Virus genome (UHGV): UHGV-0106476
Reading direction: 5' to 3' (one strand)
DNA length: 31,719 nt
Source: a virus
Shown here: positions 1 through 7,348 of the stretch, piece after piece
Numbering within the stretch: position 1 is the first letter of the stretch
Layout: every line of letters begins with the position of its first letter
The notes under the pieces: model-generated
What the model saw: the letters and a program-made list of their open reading frames with translations, nothing else
What the model was told of the DNA's origin: nothing
Database searches by the model: none
Program-made: the position numbers and the translations under genes

Positions 1-347
1 GGTTCGGCCTGAAGCATGGCGGCGCGATAGGCGTTCCAGCCGACAGCTTTTCCGTGTTCAAACGCGCTGTCAAAGTCATCATCCATTTCCATCGCATCAG
101 GCACAGATACCGGCGCTGGCGGGGCGGTGTAAACAGGCATAACGTCGCTTTGCCCTTTATTGCTCTCGTCAGTAAGCGCCCAGAAAAGCCTACCCGCTGG
201 ATGCTTGAAGATATACGCCACAGCCTCCGCTTCGAGCGATGCCAGCGCGATACGCGCCAGCGCCGAAGCCTCACCACATTGAACGTGGTCAGTTTCGATA
301 ATTTGCTGTAACTGCTCTTTGGTGAATTCTTTGGTGATAGTGATCAT
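1..347 (-). CDS. hypothetical early-left operon protein, N-terminal part only (gene runs off the window start)
   Basis: Minus-strand ATG at 345-347 with GAGGA about 8 nt upstream; frame open to the window edge (MITITKEFTKEQLQQIIETDHVQCGE...). Absent from the ORF track because there is no stop in the window. Confidence 0.5.
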   Translation of the reverse strand, partial: MITITKEFTKEQLQQIIETDHVQCGEASALARIALASLEAEAVAYIFKHPAGRLFWALTDESNKGQSDVMPVYTAPPAPVSVPDAMEMDDDFDSAFEHGKAVGWNAYRAAMLQAE

Positions 348-350
348 GGG

Positions 351-785
351 TTAGTCCTCACCTTTCTGCTGTACAACCGGAACCGATAAATCTACACACC
401 AGGAAATCACCCCAAATTGGGCGTCGTTCTGCGCTTCACCGTAAACGTAATATTTAGCACCAGGTCGCCCCATCACTGGATCAAATACTTCGATACCACG
501 CTCTGCCGTTAATGACATTAAAATCTGGTGTAACCCGCCCTGAATATTCAGAGACGGTACGGTCAGGAAATAAATAAACCCATAAAGCAGTTCACATTTT
601 CTTTGGCTGCCGTAGAAGTAAGGGATTTTGTAATAATCCAGGGCATCATCCAGCCAGTCTGTTTTGTCGTGAAAAGCCTGGTGCCAGCGAGCAACCACCT
701 CGTCAACAGGCTGACCAGCAACCATTGCTACACAGGTAGCCATGCAGGTGTTAAATGTTGGCTGCATTTGATGTTGAAGCATCAC
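351..785 (-). CDS. hypothetical protein with peptidase C39-like (papain-fold cysteine peptidase) N-terminal motif
   Basis: 144-aa ORF; N-terminal Q-x5-TC-MATC-VAMV resembles the Q...CG-x-AC-LAM-I catalytic-Cys motif of C39 bacteriocin-processing peptidases. Start overlaps the upstream gene's stop (ATGA-type coupling). Family call is from memory. Confidence 0.5.
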   Translation of the reverse strand: MMLQHQMQPTFNTCMATCVAMVAGQPVDEVVARWHQAFHDKTDWLDDALDYYKIPYFYGSQRKCELLYGFIYFLTVPSLNIQGGLHQILMSLTAERGIEVFDPVMGRPGAKYYVYGEAQNDAQFGVISWCVDLSVPVVQQKGED

Positions 786-1324
786 TCCCCCTTACCGATG
801 CCAGCGGCGCGGTCTATGCGTTCGATTTCAGCCAGAATTAAAGCCCCTGCTTTTACCAGGTTGAGACGGCGGGCATTTGGCTTCCACCATGAAGTATCCC
901 AAGGCCACCCCCACGGCTTGCCACCATTGCGGTTAACAGTTCCTGTTTCGTTTATGTAACAAACCGCCGCCATTGCCAGTTCCCCGTTGCAGTGTTCGTC
1001 ATCATGCTCTGGCATCCACCCCTCAACCGATTGTTGCCGCTGGCGCTCTGCTATCACATCCAGAATTGCAGGATTGAATGCACGCGCTTCCAGTTCTGCA
1101 ATGCGCTTCTCTGCGGCTTCCAGCGATGCCAGCAGCGCCAGCACGGTAGTGGGGTTTGCTGCGGAGTTCAGCGCGTTCAAGGCAGTGATATCTGCATCAA
1201 GCTGAGTTCCTTCTGCCAGTGAGATATCGAAAATGTCATCAGGCGGCATAACACTAAGGCGCTCATGTGCGCCAACTGCTGCCGCTGCGATTTCACGCAG
1301 CGCCTGTTTGTCGATGTTGCTCAT
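782..1324 (-). CDS. Ea22-like (ead/Ea22 family) early protein
   Basis: 180-aa ORF beginning [16 protein letters not shown] with a coiled-coil middle and Trp-rich C-terminus (GKPWGWPWDTSWWKP); translationally coupled to flanking genes. Family assignment from recollection. Confidence 0.45.
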   Translation of the reverse strand: MSNIDKQALREIAAAAVGAHERLSVMPPDDIFDISLAEGTQLDADITALNALNSAANPTTVLALLASLEAAEKRIAELEARAFNPAILDVIAERQRQQSVEGWMPEHDDEHCNGELAMAAVCYINETGTVNRNGGKPWGWPWDTSWWKPNARRLNLVKAGALILAEIERIDRAAGIGKGE

Positions 1325-1902
1325 TGCGCGTCCCCCTTGCGAATCTGGGCGGCGATGTCTTCGAGTACACCATCAGCGAACGAGCGATCGAAATCGCCTT
1401 CCGGCGCATTAGCCATAAACTCAGTAGAGGTAAGAATCATCCTGGCAATATCCGCTGCGTTCTTCGCAGTATCATCAATAAAACCAGCATCCCAGGCAGC
1501 CAGCATTCTGTTCGCCACAAAGTAAGCGCCTTCCTTGCGTGCTTCAGTCTTCACTTCATCCCAAAAAGCGTCGGTGACTTGGGTTTGCGGCATCCTTCCG
1601 TCTATTGCGCAGATATACGCATCAGATAGTTCACCCTGCTCGCCGTCAAACACGTAGCAACTCTGTACGATAAATTTATTCAGCCACGCATTCTCCACAG
1701 CCAGCGCCGCGCACTTGGCCTCAAGGTTATCAATCGTGATTCCAGCAGAACGACACTCCCGCAACGCCGTTTCTAGTTTTGATTCAAGTTCACCGAACTT
1801 ACGCACCAGATATTCAGCGTTTGTTTCGTTAACCTTTAAATCACATGGGATGCATTTACCTTTCAGAAAACCATCCATCTTAATTAGTGACATTTGTTTC
1901 AT
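1321..1902 (-). CDS. hypothetical early protein (possibly Ea22-like)
   Basis: 193-aa ORF in a chain of 4-nt-overlapping minus-strand genes downstream of the recombination module. Confidence 0.5.
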   Translation of the reverse strand: MKQMSLIKMDGFLKGKCIPCDLKVNETNAEYLVRKFGELESKLETALRECRSAGITIDNLEAKCAALAVENAWLNKFIVQSCYVFDGEQGELSDAYICAIDGRMPQTQVTDAFWDEVKTEARKEGAYFVANRMLAAWDAGFIDDTAKNAADIARMILTSTEFMANAPEGDFDRSFADGVLEDIAAQIRKGDAQ

Positions 1903-2063
1903 TTCTTCCCACTCCGCAACATTGCATTCAGATATTTGTTGTCATTAACAGAACCGAAACTCTTTCTCTTAAGCAATTTCTCTCTCGATGGCATTGGCTT
2001 TACGCGTTGGCGAATAATCATTTCTGCCGGAAGAATGCCGGGATTGTATGCAAGTCCTCTCAT
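1899..2063 (-). CDS. small hypothetical protein
   Basis: ORF track gives 1899..2096; the ATG at 2061-2063 (MRGLAYNPG...) has a GAGGAA RBS 7-8 nt upstream and avoids overlap with the upstream gene, so it is preferred. Starts at 2081 or 2096 remain possible. Confidence 0.4.
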   Translation of the reverse strand: MRGLAYNPGILPAEMIIRQRVKPMPSREKLLKRKSFGSVNDNKYLNAMLRSGKK

Positions 2064-2073
2064 GGTAAATTCC

Positions 2074-2370
2074 TCAGTCATTACTGATAGCGCCATAGCG
2101 TGAGCGGTAATTACGCAGGCGCGGGTCGATATATTCAGGGAATTTGTCTATTGTCTCTTTTCGCAACGGTCTCATTGCTGTTTCGTTTGTTCGGTCCTTC
2201 TCATCTTTTAACGCGAGTTGTATATCGCGTCGGTACATCCGTTCTGCTTTTGTTTCTGGTGGAAGATCGATAAACGTGTCGAAATTATTTTTGATATTTT
2301 CCAGCACCTCCGCCTTGGAGCTACCGGAGCAGTTGCGCGGGTCATCCGCACCATACAGAGGCGCTGGCAT
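2074..2370 (-). CDS. hypothetical protein (position compatible with a P22 Abc-type anti-RecBCD gene; unverified)
   Basis: 98-aa [19 protein letters not shown]... downstream of erf/ssb on the pL strand. Functional guess is positional only. Confidence 0.5.
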   Translation of the reverse strand: MPAPLYGADDPRNCSGSSKAEVLENIKNNFDTFIDLPPETKAERMYRRDIQLALKDEKDRTNETAMRPLRKETIDKFPEYIDPRLRNYRSRYGAISND

Positions 2371-2393
2371 AATGGGAGCCTTATTTTGCTAAT

Positions 2394-2774
2394 CTAGAAG
2401 GGAATTGAATCGTCGTATTCAGGATGATTTTGATGATTGCTACTTTGCTGCTGGCCATTTCCTGAAGCTGCAAATCCAATCTTTGCATTCAGTAATTCAA
2501 GAGTGATTGATTGACCATTTTGCCCCTGATAAACATCAACCCTGATGTTTTCTCCGGTAATTTCCACAATTCCACCTTCAACAAGAACACTACGGTAGTA
2601 ATCCGCTTGCGCTCCCGGCTTGGCAAATACAACGGCGCTGTAGTTTGTCCATTCTTTCTTTTTTGTCTGGCGATCGTAATACTGAACGCCAGCACGGATG
2701 TTGAATCCGATATTTTCCCCGGCCTGAAACTCTCTTGCGGGCTTGTTTAGTCTTACAGTAATCGAATGTGCCAT
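2394..2774 (-). CDS. phage SSB-like protein with acidic C-terminal tail
   Basis: In-frame ATG at 2772-2774 gives 126 aa (MAHSITVRLNK...) ending DDSIPF, which matches the bacterial SSB C-terminal tip DDDIPF. Start overlaps the erf stop (TAATG). Confidence 0.6.
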   Translation of the reverse strand: MAHSITVRLNKPAREFQAGENIGFNIRAGVQYYDRQTKKKEWTNYSAVVFAKPGAQADYYRSVLVEGGIVEITGENIRVDVYQGQNGQSITLELLNAKIGFAASGNGQQQSSNHQNHPEYDDSIPF

Positions 2775-3379
2775 TAAGCAGCAGCTCCTTCTAATTCGTC
2801 TCGTCTGATGTTGTAAACGTCCTGCGCTTTGTGCTGCTCCGGTGTGCCTTCGAGCATCTTCCACGCTTTGGCGAACGCCTGTTTAAGCTCTTCTACGGTG
2901 TTTTTCTGCATTGCTGCGTCAGTGAATGCTTTTAGAACCTGTTCAGGTGTAGGTGATGGTTTTGATTGCTTTGCTGCTGCGTTCTGCTGATGTTTATGCT
3001 CGTCTGTATCTGCATCTTTCGCATCATCAATGCCGAACAAACCATTGAGGCAATACTTGCGTGCATAAGAGCTTGTAGCTCCCGTAACTTGTGCAGAATC
3101 CATTCCTTTCTTGCTTTCTTCCTCTCGTGCAAGAGCGGTTGCCGTATGACTGTTTTCGCCATCGGTAATAGTTGCCGTGGCTTTCACGTAATACCGATCA
3201 CCAATCAACACAACTTCATCGCTGATTGATAAAAACAGACCATTCAGTAACGGCTTAACGCCTTCAAGAATATCTTCGCAGCTTCTGTATTTATATTTAC
3301 CGAATGAGTTGTACTGATTTTTTGGCGCGTTCAGATTCTCCTGAATAGCTGCCAGTCTTGCGTAAAATTCTTTGCTCAT
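2774..3379 (-). CDS. erf: Erf-family single-strand annealing recombinase
   Basis: 201 aa from the ATG at 3377-3379 (MSKEFYARLAAIQENLNAPKNQYNSFGKYKYRSCEDILEG...), recalled as close to P22 Erf. The ORF track's longer form begins at an upstream TTG. Confidence 0.8.
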   Translation of the reverse strand: MSKEFYARLAAIQENLNAPKNQYNSFGKYKYRSCEDILEGVKPLLNGLFLSISDEVVLIGDRYYVKATATITDGENSHTATALAREEESKKGMDSAQVTGATSSYARKYCLNGLFGIDDAKDADTDEHKHQQNAAAKQSKPSPTPEQVLKAFTDAAMQKNTVEELKQAFAKAWKMLEGTPEQHKAQDVYNIRRDELEGAAA

Positions 3380-3389
3380 ATGTTTGTTC

Positions 3390-3560
3390 TCAGAATGGAC
3401 ATTCCCCAAGGAAATAACGCTGATTTAAAACTTCGACTCTGGACAAATTAAGGCATACCCGCATTCCTTCGCGATCGCCATTATGGCGATACCAGAGAGC
3501 TTTCTGCGTGTACATGCGTCTCTGTAACTTGCTCTCCTTCACTGTGGTTGCAAGTGACAT
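3390..3560 (-). CDS. small ORF between kil and erf (Arf-like position), candidate A
   Basis: 56 codons, ATG at 3558-3560 with GGAG about 6 nt upstream. Overlaps candidate B in another frame; only one is likely real. Confidence 0.3.
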   Translation of the reverse strand: MSLATTVKESKLQRRMYTQKALWYRHNGDREGMRVCLNLSRVEVLNQRYFLGECPF

Positions 3561-3639
3561 GAATATCTCCTTCGTTACCGATTAATTCTTTCATCTGACG
3601 AATGAATTCTTCGTCTGACCAGTTATCTGTAAAACTCAT
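3481..3639 (-). CDS. small ORF between kil and erf (Arf-like position), candidate B
   Basis: 52 codons (MSFTDNWSDEEFIRQMKELIGNEG...); its ATG overlaps the kil stop (ATGA). Alternative to candidate A. Confidence 0.3.
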   Translation of the reverse strand: MSFTDNWSDEEFIRQMKELIGNEGDIHVTCNHSEGEQVTETHVHAESSLVSP

Positions 3640-3788
3640 TTCCTGCGATACCACGGAAGGTTGATAGCTGATTTCATCGCTTTATTTGCTTCAAACCACA
3701 TTTTGGAATCACCAATAAATCTGGCTATTACTGCTTTGTTCTGTGCAGCACGAAGCATCTGGTGATTGATGGCTATTTCATTGCGCAT
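3636..3788 (-). CDS. kil: Kil-like host cell-division (FtsZ) inhibitor
   Basis: 50-aa ORF MRNEIAINHQMLRAAQNKAVIARFIGDSKMWFEANKAMKSAINLPWYRRK, with the FIGD-x-KM core recalled from lambda/P22 Kil; sits directly downstream of cIII as in lambda. Confidence 0.6.
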   Translation of the reverse strand: MRNEIAINHQMLRAAQNKAVIARFIGDSKMWFEANKAMKSAINLPWYRRK

Positions 3789-3904
3789 AATAAGACCTCA
3801 ACTCTTTTCCATCCGTCACGTAATTTACGGGTGATTCGTTCAAGTAAAGATTCATTTAGTTGGAAGGCACCCATGCGAGCGCCTCCCGCGATTGCGTAAA
3901 TCAT
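3773..3904 (-). CDS. cIII: CIII (FtsH inhibitor stabilising CII)
   Basis: 43-aa ORF MIYAIAGGARMGAFQLNESLLERITRKLRDGWKRVEVLLCAMK; the ESLLERITRKLRDGWKR segment matches the conserved core of lambda CIII. Below the ORF-track length cutoff. Confidence 0.8.
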   Translation of the reverse strand: MIYAIAGGARMGAFQLNESLLERITRKLRDGWKRVEVLLCAMK

Positions 3905-3927
3905 GGGTGGTTCCTTATGTTGGTTTA

Positions 3928-4896
3928 TTAGTAGGTTATTTTTGTTGCGAATACTTCGCCTTTTACGATGGCTGTTATGATATTTTTAGCAACATCTTCT
4001 GATGCGCCAACCTTGATAAGGTCAGCAAGTATTTTGTTATTTACTTCTTTCCGGTGAGCTTTATCCTTTGCTCTACGCTCTTCTTCGTCCTTGATTCTTT
4101 TTTCTTCTGCTATTCTGGCTTGCTCTTTTGCTTCAGCCTCGCGCCGGATTCGTTCAGCCTCCTCCTGTGCTTTTCGGCGTTCTGCTTCAATTGCCGCCTG
4201 CTTTTCTCTTTCAGCTCGTTCTGCTGCCTCTTTTGCTTCGCGCTGTGCTCGTTGCTCGGCTTCAATGCGTTCACGCTCTGCACGTTCCGCTGCGGCCTTA
4301 GCTTCTGCTTCTCGCCTTGCTGCTGCTTCAATTTCGGCTTTTGCCTTTGCTTCGGCTTCTGCTCTGGCTTTCTCTTCAGCTTCTCTTTTTAAGCGTTCTT
4401 CATGCTCTCGCTTTTCCTGCTCCGCTTTGAGTCTTGCCTCTTCTCTTTGGCGGTCAAATTCGCGATCCATCAAAATAGCTATTTCATGGTCAGACTCAAT
4501 TTGCTTTGCGAGAGCTTCAGCTGCTGCCTTAGCTTCTTCTTCGGCTTTAATCCGTGCCTGTTCCTCCTCATAATCAGTAAGAGGCTGGCGTGCCTTGGAT
4601 TTCAGCTCATCAAGGCGATCACGCACTGTCTTGCGGTTGGCATCAATTAGCTTTGGAATTTCCTTCAGTTCAGCAACAAGGTCTTTTCCAAGACCATCGA
4701 GATATGTTTTCGTCTGCGCAACTTTATACGCCAGAGAAGCGATCTCCTTTCTGCCCTTTGCCGTTGTGATATCAGGCACAAAGGACATAACTTCACGTTC
4801 AACCTTTTGAAGGATTTCTTCAATCTGGTCGGCAGACTGAAATACAGTCATTGCATTTGCTTTTTCAATAACAACTAAATCTGTTACTTCACTCAT
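3928..4896 (-). CDS. hypothetical protein with long E/A/K/R-rich charged helical repeat region
   Basis: 322-aa ORF: globular N-terminus, about 150 aa of EAKAxAE/RREAE-type repeats, then a short C-terminal domain (NKILADLIKVGASEDVAKNIITAIVKGEVFATKITY). Confidence 0.6.
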   Translation of the reverse strand: MSEVTDLVVIEKANAMTVFQSADQIEEILQKVEREVMSFVPDITTAKGRKEIASLAYKVAQTKTYLDGLGKDLVAELKEIPKLIDANRKTVRDRLDELKSKARQPLTDYEEEQARIKAEEEAKAAAEALAKQIESDHEIAILMDREFDRQREEARLKAEQEKREHEERLKREAEEKARAEAEAKAKAEIEAAARREAEAKAAAERAERERIEAEQRAQREAKEAAERAEREKQAAIEAERRKAQEEAERIRREAEAKEQARIAEEKRIKDEEERRAKDKAHRKEVNNKILADLIKVGASEDVAKNIITAIVKGEVFATKITY

Positions 4897-4908
4897 ATAT
4901 CCTCCGTC

Positions 4909-4936
4909 AAAAAATTGCCCTCACACTGGAGGGCAA
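4909..4936 (-). terminator. intrinsic terminator on the pL strand upstream of the 322-aa gene
   Basis: Minus-strand RNA: 8-bp stem (4929-4936 with 4915-4922), 6-nt loop, then a U6 run (4909-4914). A second 9-bp hairpin lies at 4997-5024. Confidence 0.5.
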
Positions 4937-5029
4937 AGAAGATTTCCAATAATCAGAACAAGTCGGCTCCTGTTTAGTTACGAGCGACATTGCTCCGTGT
5001 ATTCACTCGTTGGAATGAATACACAGTGC

Positions 5030-5218
5030 TTATTCGTCATGCATTTCAGGTAATTCTTCGTATTCGACGCCCCATACGAGTTTACACCAACTAACTCGCT
5101 CATATCTTTTACAAAAATCAGACCACATAACTTGGGTTCCATCATGGTTTGTTATTACTTCTGTAATATCACCAACACTAACAAAACTGGTATTAGAAGC
5201 AGTTATTTTTACTTTCAT
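5030..5218 (-). CDS. hypothetical protein (AT-rich accessory block)
   Basis: 62-aa ORF; start overlaps the upstream stop (TAATG); low-GC local composition by eye. Confidence 0.45.
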   Translation of the reverse strand: MKVKITASNTSFVSVGDITEVITNHDGTQVMWSDFCKRYERVSWCKLVWGVEYEELPEMHDE

Positions 5219-5514
5219 TACTTATCCCCAAGAGCTTTTCTGATTGCTGCAAGACCTTTATTAACAGCTCCATACCATTCTGGATATGTTGTCGTTGTTC
5301 TATTTTTGGATTGCTTAAGTAATAACTGAAGTGCTTCGAGAAGGTCAGGTGCTGCCGCTATTAGATTGGCATCTTCAATGCATTGAACTTCCTCACAGAT
5401 TGCAATATACGAACGCCAGCCTGCGCCATTTTCAAGTGAGTCTGCCTGGATTATTTTAATCTCATCGCCATCCATCATTATTTCCCACTTACCTTCAGTA
5501 CCTTTAAATTCCAT
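5218..5514 (-). CDS. hypothetical protein (AT-rich accessory block)
   Basis: 98-aa ORF, ATG at 5512-5514 with AGAGGA RBS. Confidence 0.5.
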   Translation of the reverse strand: MEFKGTEGKWEIMMDGDEIKIIQADSLENGAGWRSYIAICEEVQCIEDANLIAAAPDLLEALQLLLKQSKNRTTTTYPEWYGAVNKGLAAIRKALGDK

Positions 5515-5535
5515 GTTATCCTCTGTTGTTTATGC

Positions 5536-5562
5536 CAAAAATAAAGGCCGACTATGCGGCCT
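5536..5562 (-). terminator. putative intrinsic terminator between the 156-aa and 98-aa genes
   Basis: Minus-strand hairpin (stems 5545-5550 and 5557-5562, 6-nt loop) followed by UUUAUUUUUG; overlaps the 156-aa gene stop. Confidence 0.4.
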
Positions 5563-6031
5563 AGTAGAATACCCAATTTTCTGTTTCTTGGTTGTGTCCA
5601 AAGTTATATTCAATATCTGGTGTTGATGTATCAATATTCTTCATCCCATCAACAAGAGTTGATACAACAGCCAAATCTTGTTTGATTCTCATCAAATGGT
5701 ATTTCTTCCGGCGCAATAAACTTTCAATGGCAAGTTTCTTCGTTGGGAATGCAAAAGATCTTTCTGCATTTTTTGCTACTTTCTTAATTGCATATCTATT
5801 TCTCCTTTGTTTCCATTCCTGTAACCACTGATTTGGTGCTGGTTTAAAATTAACAATCCAATGCGCAGGAACCAACCATGCATAATGCTCTGTCTGATGA
5901 AAAGCTATATATTGAAGTGCGAATATTTTGATTCCATCTTCTTCAACTGTCGCTTGGAATCTCCAGAAAACAGGCATTCCATCATGTTCAGTTTCTGATT
6001 CAGGAAAAGGTACGCTCCATGATTTTGTCAT
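5561..6031 (-). CDS. hypothetical protein (AT-rich accessory block)
   Basis: 156-aa ORF, ATG at 6029-6031 with GAGGTGAG RBS; soluble, Trp/His-rich, no motif recognised. Confidence 0.55.
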   Translation of the reverse strand: MTKSWSVPFPESETEHDGMPVFWRFQATVEEDGIKIFALQYIAFHQTEHYAWLVPAHWIVNFKPAPNQWLQEWKQRRNRYAIKKVAKNAERSFAFPTKKLAIESLLRRKKYHLMRIKQDLAVVSTLVDGMKNIDTSTPDIEYNFGHNQETENWVFY

Positions 6032-6093
6032 ATCTCACCTCAAATAAGTGGTTTGCTGCCAAAACAATGAACCATCCGGAAATTCCAGATAGT

Positions 6094-6318
6094 TCATAAT
6101 TCACTCTTCAATACTTCCAACTTACTAATCGCCGATAGATATCCGCGCTGATAGGGCATCATCACTCCTTCGAGCTTGCCACTTCTTAACTCCTCCCTGA
6201 GCAATTGTATTGCTTGATCAATAACCTCTGCCTTAGCGTCCTTTATGGCTTGCTTGCGGGGCTTTGCTTTCTGCTTTGGCAGATTTCTCAAGCATGATGG
6301 AATGTATGTCTGATTCAT
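6094..6318 (-). CDS. hypothetical small basic protein immediately downstream of N
   Basis: 74 aa from the ATG at 6316-6318 (MNQTYIPSCLRNLPKQKAKPRK...), GAGGTAAG RBS; the ORF track's extra codon is a GTG. Confidence 0.5.
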   Translation of the reverse strand: MNQTYIPSCLRNLPKQKAKPRKQAIKDAKAEVIDQAIQLLREELRSGKLEGVMMPYQRGYLSAISKLEVLKSEL

Positions 6319-6321
6319 CAC

Positions 6322-6594
6322 TTACCTCGCTGTCAGTTGTTTTGATTTCCGGTAGCCTGCCGCGTAAAGAGCTACGTTTGGCAGGCAAATACTTCCACTG
6401 CATTCATCTGCCTTCTTGCAGCGAAGGCTTCCGAGTGATGCTGCTTTGTCTGCTCTGACGCAACCAGAGAGCTTTAGCGCAATTTTTCGCGCCAGTCGCT
6501 GCTCTTGCATTGCCTGTTCACGTTGAGCCTGTCTGCGTGCTCTGCGGCGATTTCTGGCGTTATCGTCAGCCAGATATGTAATGACTACTGTCAT
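6322..6594 (-). CDS. N: N-type transcription antiterminator
   Basis: 90-aa ORF with an N-terminal arginine-rich motif (NARNRRRARRQAQREQ) and a C-terminus (LPNVALYAAGYRKSKQLTAR) recalled as close to P22 gp24; sits downstream of pL and nutL. Confidence 0.75.
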   Translation of the reverse strand: MTVVITYLADDNARNRRRARRQAQREQAMQEQRLARKIALKLSGCVRADKAASLGSLRCKKADECSGSICLPNVALYAAGYRKSKQLTAR

Positions 6595-6701
6595 GTTGAC
6601 CTCCGATGATTGACTTTGGCGGTGACGCGCCGGGTGCTTATCTTCCGGTTGCCGTCGTGCAGCTGCACTTCACGTCACCCCAAAGCCAACTACTCTTTGG
6701 T

Positions 6702-6743
6702 TCCCGCATTTCGGCGGGACAATCCCATCAATGTTAAAGAGCC
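6702..6743 (-). promoter_or_regulatory. nutL: nutL (boxA and boxB)
   Basis: Minus-strand boxB UCCCGC-CGAAAU-GCGGGA at 6702-6719, identical to the hairpin at 8399-8416; boxA-like GGCTCTTTAACA at 6732-6743, 12 nt upstream. Confidence 0.7.
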
Positions 6744-6788
6744 TGCCAATCTGTTCCGTTTGGCTACCAGCGTCCTGCTGATGGCTAA

Positions 6789-6830
6789 AGAATACTGTAG
6801 GTATTTTATTGTGTAAATACCCAAGGTATT
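6789..6830 (-). promoter_or_regulatory. pL promoter with OL operators
   Basis: Minus-strand -35 TTTACA (6812-6817), 17-nt spacer, -10 TATTCT (6789-6794). Operator-like 15-mers AATACTGTAGGTATT (6791-6805) and AATACCCAAGGTATT (6816-6830); a weaker third site at 6861-6875. Confidence 0.55.
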
Positions 6831-6962
6831 TATTTTTGGTGAAATAATGATAAGCAAATGAATACAAAGGATATTTATTTTTTTCGGTGTCTGCTTGTTC
6901 AGTGCTTTTTATGCGGGATATGTGAAGTGGATCCCGATAGCTATTGCTGCCGGGATTATGGG

Positions 6963-7331
6963 TTAGTCAGCGAAGGTTAAGACGAGAATTACCTTAATGA
7001 TGTCTGCTACAACAGACACGGCCATAGATAAACCAAAGACAATCCAAGCCATAGAGATGTCTTCACTACCATCGTATAGAGTTCCGTAATCACTGGTGTA
7101 AGGCGTAAATGTCGCGCCTTGATACAATAGGTATAAGCTTGATCCATAGAGGAAAAATGCAGATATCCCTTGTATTGCCATGATCACCAGAATCATGAAA
7201 CGAGCTGATCTATGCGCCCAAGCCTGGCTTATTTTTTCTGATAGAGATTTCGCAATAAAAGCATGCGCTAAGCCGTAAATTGTCGAGATTGCCAACATCC
7301 CAAAAAAGCTTGCTATAGCGGTTCCAACCAT
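6963..7331 (-). CDS. small three-TM membrane protein in the rex position downstream of cI
   Basis: 122 aa from the ATG at 7329-7331 (MVGTAIASFFGMLAISTIYGLAHAFIA...) with AAGGGG RBS, 17 nt after the cI stop; three hydrophobic segments. The ORF track's longer form starts at a TTG. Confidence 0.6.
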   Translation of the reverse strand: MVGTAIASFFGMLAISTIYGLAHAFIAKSLSEKISQAWAHRSARFMILVIMAIQGISAFFLYGSSLYLLYQGATFTPYTSDYGTLYDGSEDISMAWIVFGLSMAVSVVADIIKVILVLTFAD

Positions 7332-7348
7332 AAGCGCCCCTTGCGTGA

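Noticed and set aside
54-311. 85-aa plus-strand ORF at the window start
   Set aside because: No RBS, and it lies entirely antisense to a minus-strand gene that has a good RBS and is translationally coupled to its neighbours.
4054-4810. Several plus-strand ORFs (71-160 aa) and a 73-aa minus-strand ORF inside the 322-aa gene
   Set aside because: They are low-complexity translations (Ser/Ala/Phe/Leu/Cys-rich) of the charged-repeat region read in other frames; frame artefacts.
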